A DNA stretch of 5,517 bases from Selaginella moellendorffii (lineage: Eukaryota > Plantae > Lycopodiophyta): contig NW_003314723.1 in NCBI RefSeq assembly GCF_000143415.4, positions 1-5,517 of the forward strand, read 5' to 3'. The notes below the pieces were generated by a model. It did no database searches. It was not told the origin of the DNA and saw nothing but the letters and a program-made list of their open reading frames with translations. Shown here in pieces: positions 1-5,517 of this stretch. A program made the position numbers and the translations under genes. Each line of letters opens with the position of its first letter. Within the stretch, counting starts at the first letter, position 1.

Positions 1-41
1 CCAGAGTGCTTCACGATCCCATCGTCGCCAATCCAGTACCA

Positions 42-68
42 CTCGTATGTAGTTCTTCTACATACGAG
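42..68. repeat. Perfect 11-bp inverted repeat with 5-nt loop
   Basis: ctcgtatgtag (42-52), ttctt loop, ctacatacgag (58-68). Confidence 0.95.
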
Positions 69-69
69 C

Positions 70-134
70 CTGCAAGAATCAAGCACACCATTTCAGTGGC
101 CCGGAGGTCTTACGAAACTCTCAAATCCCCATAC
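70..134 (-). other. 65-nt GT-AG intron of the AsnRS pseudogene
   Basis: Minus strand reads caaag|gtatgg ... ttgcag|gctc; splicing places GSQMQR in frame with TYEWY. Confidence 0.75.
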
Positions 135-335
135 CTTTGCATCTGGCTCCCCAGGAGAATCAAAGCCAGAGCTCTTGAAAGTCGTGTTTTTCTTCCAGTG
201 TCGGCGAGCTTGTGGGAGGGAGCCTTTTCCCGCCTCGCGCACTAGCATGCCGCCATCTGGCCATCATCGCTATGAAACGCGTTTTGATAGTCGCATACAA
301 CGACGGGCCCTTGGAAGAGCTGCTCTGCGAGATAC

Positions 336-388
336 CTGGAATGAGAAGATCACCAGAAAACGTTGATTTTGGTTTCCCTCTAACACAC
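336..388 (-). other. 53-nt GT-AG intron (phase 2) of the AsnRS pseudogene
   Basis: Minus strand reads caaag|gtgtgt ... tccag|gtatctc; splicing restores HQR-YLAE, matching HER-YL.E of AsnRS. Confidence 0.85.
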
Positions 389-558
389 CTTTGGTGCTTG
401 CTCCATTGCACAGGAGTTTCGAAGGGAAAGTCTTTCACGCATAAGATCACGCAAAGGAAAGAATAAATCTCGATTGCTTGTGTGTAAGTTATCCTTCCGA
501 TTTGCAGGAATGAGGAGCGGACGCCTTGTCAAGGATGCGGTCGGTGAGCACAGATCTC

Positions 559-627
559 TGGGAGGAAATCGTCTCCAGCGGCCTCGCTAATCTCGTCATG
601 GAAATGTATGGAAAGTGCGGCTGCTGA
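559..627 (+). pseudogene. PLS-class PPR gene remnant (end of L motif / start of S motif)
   Basis: WEEIVSSGLANLVMEMYGKCGC* resembles IH..I..SGL...[deleted]..N.LV.MYGKCG; stop at 625-627. Confidence 0.7.
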
Positions 628-636
628 TCGTGGCGT

Positions 637-954
637 GAGCTTGCCGTAGACGTTGAGCAGCACTGTGGCGATGGAGATTCTGCGGTACTTGCTTGTGTGC
701 CTCAGCTTTCAGCTTCCCAAGATCCTGGGCGAAAGCTTGCAGGAGCTGGCTGGCAGAACCTCGTGGGAGACCAGTGGGGCAAATGCGAGCTCATTATCTT
801 AGGCCAGCGGCGACGAATACCGCGTGGATCTGAGGCGTTGAATGAAGAAGCATGAGTGCCACCGCTTCTCGCATCGGGCAAATGCCGCCGTCGCAATGTT
901 CCACGAGAAAACATCTCAATCTTCCATCTTGTGGAAGGCTCCCAAGGCGTCTGC
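637..954 (-). pseudogene. PLS-class PPR gene remnant (S-P-L-S motif pieces) on the minus strand
   Basis: Across shifting frames: ADALGAFHKMED*DVFSWNIATAAFARC (TGA at 918-916 where R/CGA is expected), REAVALMLLH, QIHAVFVAAGL, LLQAFAQ, IATVLLNVYGKL. Confidence 0.75.
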
Positions 955-957
955 CGC

Positions 958-996
958 TCTTCCAGGGGGTCCAATTCAAGGACGCCGTCACCTGGA
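958..996 (+). pseudogene. Short PPR-like remnant
   Basis: LFQGVQFKDAVTW resembles the F..M..KD.VTW S/P motif junction; the match is very short. Confidence 0.4.
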
Positions 997-1117
997 TGTC
1001 GGAGTTGGCACTCTGTCAAAGGGATCAAAAGAGCAGTGAAAGGACACAAAGGCAGTGTAAAGAGAGAAAAGAGCTGCAAACCTGTTTGCGCGACAGGTGG
1101 ATTGACCATATACATCA

Positions 1118-1402
1118 GAAATACAAGAGTCCCAGCACCAAGCCGAGGTACGCATATACTTCCCTCGCATTCATGTGTTAACTTCCATGAACACTACACA
1201 GGGTAGGAGCAGGCAAGACAAGAAGGCCAAAGACGAGGCACTCTTGCGTTTGGAGGCCGAGAAACTAGCCAGGGAGAAAGCCGAAGCGGCGGCCAAGCAA
1301 AGAGTGGAAAGGATACAGAGGAAGTCCGAGGCGGACTTGCGGGCTCACAGGGACGAGATACACAAGCTGGAGCAGGAAGTTTGCAAGCTCAAGCTCAGTG
1401 CT
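1118..1402 (+). pseudogene. Fragment of a MIP1/RF298(PIR2)-like RING E3 ligase gene: coiled-coil region only, two exon pieces (1118-1147, 1202-1402)
   Basis: EIQESQHQAE|GRSRQDKKAKDEALLRLEAEKLAREKAEAAAKQRVERIQRKSEADLRAHRDEIHKLEQEVCKLKLSA aligns, from memory and without gaps, to the pre-RING coiled coil of this family (E.KWRQE.KAKEEAL...E.E...KE.AE...K...E....K.E.D...HKDD...LEQE...LK). The upstream frame is closed by TGA at 1103-1105 and no RING domain follows. Confidence 0.65.
1148..1201 (+). other. 54-nt phase-0 GT-AG intron within the coiled-coil fragment
   Basis: gccgag|gtacgc ... ctacacag|ggtagg; lower GC than the flanks; splicing keeps the frame (QAE-GRSRQ). Confidence 0.7.
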
Positions 1403-1458
1403 AGGGAGCTAAGCTTGTCAATGGATCTGAGCGAGCAGGACGCGGTGGCGATGGTGTG

Positions 1459-1845
1459 GGGCTGACTGACTGGTTTGGCTTTCTTTGTATAATAGGGGAC
1501 TATGGAGTTAGCTTTGCAAACGAGTGCTATGGTTGCTTCCTCGACGTTCTGGGAAGAGCGGGGCGTTTGGAAATCGCCGAGGATATGATTTGCAACATGC
1601 CGTTCGAGCCGAGTGCCTGCAAAACGCACAGCGACATCGCTCGAGCACTGCGGGTGACAAACTACATCAACCATTTCGCTCCAGACAAGAAGACGCAGTC
1701 GTGCATGCTTCTGGCCAACACGTACGCTGCCTGGTGGCTATGGACCCGTGCCATCGGCCTTGCTACTCGGGCAGGAGACGAGAGAGCGCTCGAAGAGTTT
1801 TTCGAGGAACTTGAGCAAGAACAAGAAGCTATTGAGATATCGTGA
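1459..1845 (+). pseudogene. C-terminal part of a PLS-E class PPR gene (L2 end, S2, internally deleted E1, E2), followed by a PPR-like acidic tail
   Basis: GDYGV...ECYGCFLDVLGRAGRLEIAEDMICNMPFEP|SACKTHSDIARA...P....SCMLLANTYAA. The D...W..LL segment expected between FEP and SACK is missing (junction 1611/1612). No upstream PLS array is in frame and no DYW domain is present. The frame is open 1456-1845. Confidence 0.88.
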
Positions 1846-2049
1846 CGAGTTTCACGACTTTTTCGTTTCAAACTGCGAGAATCGCTGCTGTGCTCCAGAT
1901 TCTCTCGACAGCGTCGTCGATCCGGGAGAGAAAATTCTAAGACTTGGGAGAGAGAACAGCTTTCTCTTCTCAAAAGTTTTGCGCTGCCTATTGTTTATCT
2001 CCAGAATCTAATCACCTGGAAAACAAACTTATTGTTTATCGAGATGGAA

Positions 2050-2250
2050 CTAAAACTCGAGCCCTTTGTGCACTGCGAGCACGGGCACAAAGGCAGCGTT
2101 GATCCGCTCCACAAGGATATTGTTCCATAAGCGTGCTAACCATGGAAGGCGCTGCTGGGCTCAGGCAAGCGAGCAAGACTAGAATGGCTTCCAGGAACAA
2201 GCTCCATTGTGCCCGAGTGGAGGGAATCAAGGAGCGCAAGCCTCGCAGAG
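2050..2250 (-). pseudogene. Possible heavily degraded PPR remnant
   Basis: Minus-strand pieces ARLALLDS, ARLPEP, WNNIL and NAAFVPVLA-VHKGLEF* resemble PPR S/P/L2 words; all are short and ambiguous. Confidence 0.3.
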
Positions 2251-2296
2251 AGCCAAGCAGCACAGTGATCTCTACGTTCCTTGCAGCTTGATGGGC

Positions 2297-3141
2297 ATGT
2301 CTGGCTGCCTGGTTGAGGCGAGAATGTAGTTGCCTGGAACGCTTGGATCTTGGGCGTCACCTGGCGAAGAATCCCTCGTGCTCTGGACGCATTCGAGACC
2401 ACGGATGGAATCCCTCTGTCGATCGACACTGGACCGCAGGAATCCCAGCGGGAAATCGACACTCCAGGCCTACATTCACAACCAGCAGCTTCACGAGGCC
2501 AAGCGCGTCTTGGAGTCCATGCCCGGGAAGAATGAATGCGCTTCTTTCAGCAAATGCCCAAAGCCGGCAAATTCACGTAGCGAGGCTTGTTTTTTATCGA
2601 ATTCCAGAGTGGCACGTAGTTTGCATGAATGCTATTTGCGAAAGCTGGAATGATTAGCGAGGCTAGAAACCAATTTGAAAACATGCCTGAGAGACTCTGT
2701 GTCGTGGAATGTGATTCTCGAAGCAAAGAAGCTGTTGTCAGGATGGAACGAGATCATGATTCTCACACACAAAAATACTGAGCAATCCAGTTCTACGGAA
2801 CTCTATGATCGCTGCGGATGCAAGCACAAAAGTTCTTTGCGAGGATGACGCAGAGAGATTCCGTGTCATGGGCAACACCTGTCAACTCTTTTGCGCAGCA
2901 TGGCTGCACTAATCTTGCGAGAGGCATATATGAGAGACTGCCACAGCACGATGTTATGGGGTGGACTGGAATGCTCCGAGCAAATGCCCAGTGCGGTGAA
3001 ATATGTTTTTGACTCAATCCCTCAAAGAAACCTTGTCTCCTTGCCAATACACTTTGCAATCAAGACAATCTTGCAAAAGCTAAACGAGTGTTTTCCATGT
3101 CGTCGATGCTCTTGGGACCAACTCTGGGCAGGAGGATACAT
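2297..3141 (+). pseudogene. PLS-class PPR pseudogene, mostly tandem short (SS-type, ~31 aa) motifs with many frameshifts
   Basis: Successive pieces in shifting frames: SGCLVEAR/NVVAWNA; RALDAFE..DGIP; LQAYIHNQQLHEAKRVLESMPGKN; NALLSANAQSRQIHVARLVFYRIPEWHVVCMNA; FAKAGMISEARNQFENMPER/DSVSWNVIL; AQKFFARMTQRDSVSWATPVNSFAQHGCTNLARGIYERLPQHDVMGWTGMLRANAQCGE/KYVFDSIPQRNLVS; DNLAKAKRVFS; LGRRIH. Confidence 0.9.
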
Positions 3142-4884
3142 TTCAAAGGTGGCAACATCTTGATGTTTCTGGTGTTGGTTTAGGGTGATTGGTATCACAG
3201 GATGGACGATGAAATTCAGGGGAAGATATGAACGTTGTGTGACTTAATTGACTCCTGGAAGGAATTTGAGGTGTTCCAGCACACCAAGCTCAACAGCATC
3301 TATAGATGAAGTGGTTTTAGCAGCCATGTAATTCCTTTGCTTTTTCTTTGGCTAGGGTCTTGCAAATCTGTAGCGGGGCCATACATAGACCACAGCAAGA
3401 TCATCAATCGTAATCACTCTCTTGATATATTAATGTATGAATTACTGCATTTAAACACTAATGCATTTAAGCCAGGCTGCTTTGGTGTTTCTACTTTTTG
3501 TGTTTGCCACTTTTCAGAATGTGTTGTGTCTACCTCAGGCAGAAGGGGTAGTTGATGCTAATGTTGTCTTTGGATGCTAATGCTGTCAACAGAATTCAGG
3601 ATTTGATCTGTATCCTACCATTGGAGATTAGGCTGTCTTTGAGGATTTTCGGGAGATTGATGCTGACCATGTTCAGGTCTTTGAGGAACTCTCCAAAGAT
3701 GTATAATCAAATAGGCAAGAACAAAAGTAATAACAACAACAATATCAACGTCAGTATAGATGAGGAAGTCAAGGAAAGAAAATGTATCAGCTGTCTGAAA
3801 AACTTGAAAGAACAATAATACGATCATTTCCTTATTTGGATGTAAACCTCTAGCAGATCACAAACAAGTAACAACATCATGGTCACAAGTCCCGGTCAAT
3901 CCACTATCCCGAAAAAGGACAAATCATTCTATATTAACAACAATTAAGCAAAACTTTGTCAAGGATAATTAATTAGCTTGAATGATAGTCAATCATCACT
4001 AATGATTGCTAGATGCAAAATACTAGCTTTAATATTGAAGATAATAAGCCAAAATGCCTTCCCCAAAAACTTTTAACAAATGGAATAATGAACATAAAAC
4101 TTAAAGAATTAAAAGTTCGAAGAAATCTATAGCCAAGTCTCACTTAATCATGGTCACAAATCTTGCATGAACTAATGTCAATGTTAAAGAAAAAATCACG
4201 GTACAACCCACAATATCTTCCTCAACACGTCAAAAAGCTAAATTTATGATGCCAAAGCTAATGAAAAGCATGTTTGCATCAATCTAAAATATAAGCATAA
4301 TAAAGTTATGCTAAATAAGTCATTACCAAACCAATCTTCCATGAATCTATATTCTATAAAATGTAGCTCACTTTATAACAAACACAAAAAGAATTATCGA
4401 TGATCGATTTATTCTCAACTCAAATCTAACAAAAAACCAACTTTAATATCGATCACTAACTTTTCTTACACAAATTAATTTACACAACTTTAACTTGCCT
4501 TCACAAGACCTAAATATTAAACTCACATCATCGAGTTATATACTTGTTTAATAAAAAAATAACACCCTATATTGAGTTTGGTCCCTCAATATTTGTTAAA
4601 TAATAATTTACTATGTTTACTAAACACCCTCGTTATTATGCCTCTTATGTTAGTTTCATTTCGGTCCCATTTGCTATTTATGGAAAGTGTCTAGATTTGT
4701 TAATTTGGCATATTTATAAAATGTAAAGATTGTCCTAAACACAATGGTGTTAGTTCTATATCCAAATTTGTAATTTAGCACCATTCCATATTTAGTATAT
4801 TTCAAACTTATTCCAAAGACTAACTCTTGGTATTAAAAGAGACTAGGGGTGAAAGCCCAAAGTGTGCATTCCTCAACGGGGGGG

Positions 4885-5303
4885 TTCCAAATGTATAATA
4901 AGGATAGTGGGTAGATTAAGTGTGGCTGACCAACGTGAAGTATATTTTAACTCCTATTTGCATGCATGTCTTTGTTCTGCATTTGGCTTGGGTCTAAGCC
5001 CAAGTTTCATACCATGGTACCCATATCCTCGTGTTAGGCCATCAGTATGCTAAAATAGCGCTAGACTCTGTTTAGCTTCGTTTTGTATGTTGGTCCTAGC
5101 ATTGGAATATTAGATGCTTTAGGACTGTTCTTATATTGCTCCGTACTCTTGTCCCTTTACTTTTTAGGTTGAACACTCAAGAGTTGCACCGTGTTTCAGT
5201 TTTTTCGTTCCTTGGTTGTAACTTTGGAAGTTTGGCTCCATTCTTTCATTTAGTGGCCCACTTGAAACTCAAATTCTACTCCACTATCCTTAGACATGTG
5301 GTA
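4885..5303. mobile_element. Candidate degenerate MITE/non-autonomous TIR element (~420 bp)
   Basis: taaggatagtgg (4899-4910) is the exact reverse complement of ccactatcctta (5281-5292). With small gaps the match extends to ~4885-4917 vs ~5272-5303. The interior is non-coding and AT-rich; no TSD is recognisable. Confidence 0.35.
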
Positions 5304-5345
5304 TATGATATGTAGCATATAAAGGGTTTAGGGTCCACTTCATAA

Positions 5346-5366
5346 TTATCCTATAGTATAGGATAA
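5346..5366. repeat. Perfect palindrome with 10-bp arms and 1-nt spacer
   Basis: ttatcctata (5346-5355), g, tataggataa (5357-5366). Confidence 0.95.
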
Positions 5367-5517
5367 AGGGTGAAAACCACATGTGCTACATCCACCAAAG
5401 AAGACTTCCTTGAAGCACCACCACCACCAACCTTGAGTATCTCAACACACTCTCCCATCATAGTCATTATGCCATGCATCTTCTCTTGCATCTCTGGCTA
5501 ATTTTTGTTGAGGGCTT

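Larger units (their letters stand above)
1..438 (-). pseudogene. Asparaginyl-tRNA synthetase (cytosolic, SYNC1-like) pseudogene fragment, C-terminal catalytic region; 3 exon remnants (438-389, 335-135, 69-<1), running off the window edge
   Basis: Spliced minus-strand translation gives VKDFPFETPVQW-SKHQR|YLAEQLFQGPVVVCDY..AF..SDDGQ.AA..MLVRE...LILLGSQ.QR|...TYEWY/LDWRR/GIVKHSG. This follows, in order, the AsnRS consensus (KFE.PVEWGIDL.SEHERYL.E..F..PV.V.DYPK.IKAFYMR..DDG.TVAAMD.LVP..GELIGGSQRE...YEWYLDLRRYGTVKH.GFGLGFER). GIDL and other residues are deleted, and there are frameshifts and stops. The upstream acceptor AG appears lost (minus strand reads ttatgc|gtgaaa at 438). Confidence 0.88.

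Noticed and set aside
484-507. gtaagt...tttgcag as an intron
   Set aside because: Only 24 nt long and no coherent upstream exon.
6-1206. Multiple overlapping 60-137 aa ORFs in the supplied track
   Set aside because: They are antisense or off-frame readings of the pseudogene fragments and read through introns.
1846-1930. DFFVSNC...LDSVVDP as a further PPR S-motif remnant
   Set aside because: Too short and degenerate to support without a search.
3190-3200. tggtatcacag resembles the tRNA-iMet primer-binding site (TGGTATCAGAGC) of LTR retrotransposons
   Set aside because: It has a mismatch, is not preceded by an LTR-ending CA, and no gag/pol similarity or LTR pair is visible.
3552-3818. ORF ending EEVKERKCISCLK, reminiscent of the start of the RING domain missing from the MIP1/RF298-like fragment
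   Set aside because: Only one CxxC, none of the following PC.H..C..C ligands, low-complexity context, and 2.3 kb from the coiled coil.
5331-5385. Palindrome as a Helitron 3' hairpin
   Set aside because: The stem is AT-rich with a 1-nt loop, and no correctly placed CTRR|T terminus is present on either strand.
5351-5491. Minus-strand 46-aa ORF MQEKMHGIMTMMGECVEILKVGGGGASRK..., including a (CCA)n microsatellite
   Set aside because: Short, preceded by an in-frame stop, no recognisable homology, and at the window edge.
1-5517. CRISPR array, tRNA/rRNA, DYW deaminase, transposase or reverse transcriptase
   Set aside because: No regularly spaced repeats, RNA-gene signatures or catalytic motifs were seen.

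Overview
Eukaryotic land-plant nuclear DNA, most likely a lycophyte such as Selaginella. This is an inference from the short 53-65 nt GT-AG introns and the PLS-class PPR motifs, including tandem short motifs. I find no intact protein-coding gene. Bases ~1-3150 are a dense mosaic of decayed gene fragments on alternating strands: an intron-containing cytosolic-type asparaginyl-tRNA synthetase pseudogene (-, <1-438), several PLS-PPR (RNA-editing-factor family) remnants (+ 559-627, - 637-954, + 958-996, + 1459-1845 with S2/E1/E2, possibly - 2050-2250, + 2297-3141), and an intron-containing, apparently ungapped coiled-coil piece of a MIP1/RF298(PIR2)-like RING E3 ligase gene (+ 1118-1402). Most fragments carry many small deletions. 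Bases ~3150-5517 are mostly non-coding and AT-rich, with a MITE-like pair of imperfect inverted repeats (4885-5303) and a perfect palindrome (5346-5366). Most ORFs in the supplied track are incidental. Family assignments come from recalled motifs, not from database searches. I see no clear new functional system; the best lead is the multi-gene, intron-retaining fragment mosaic.
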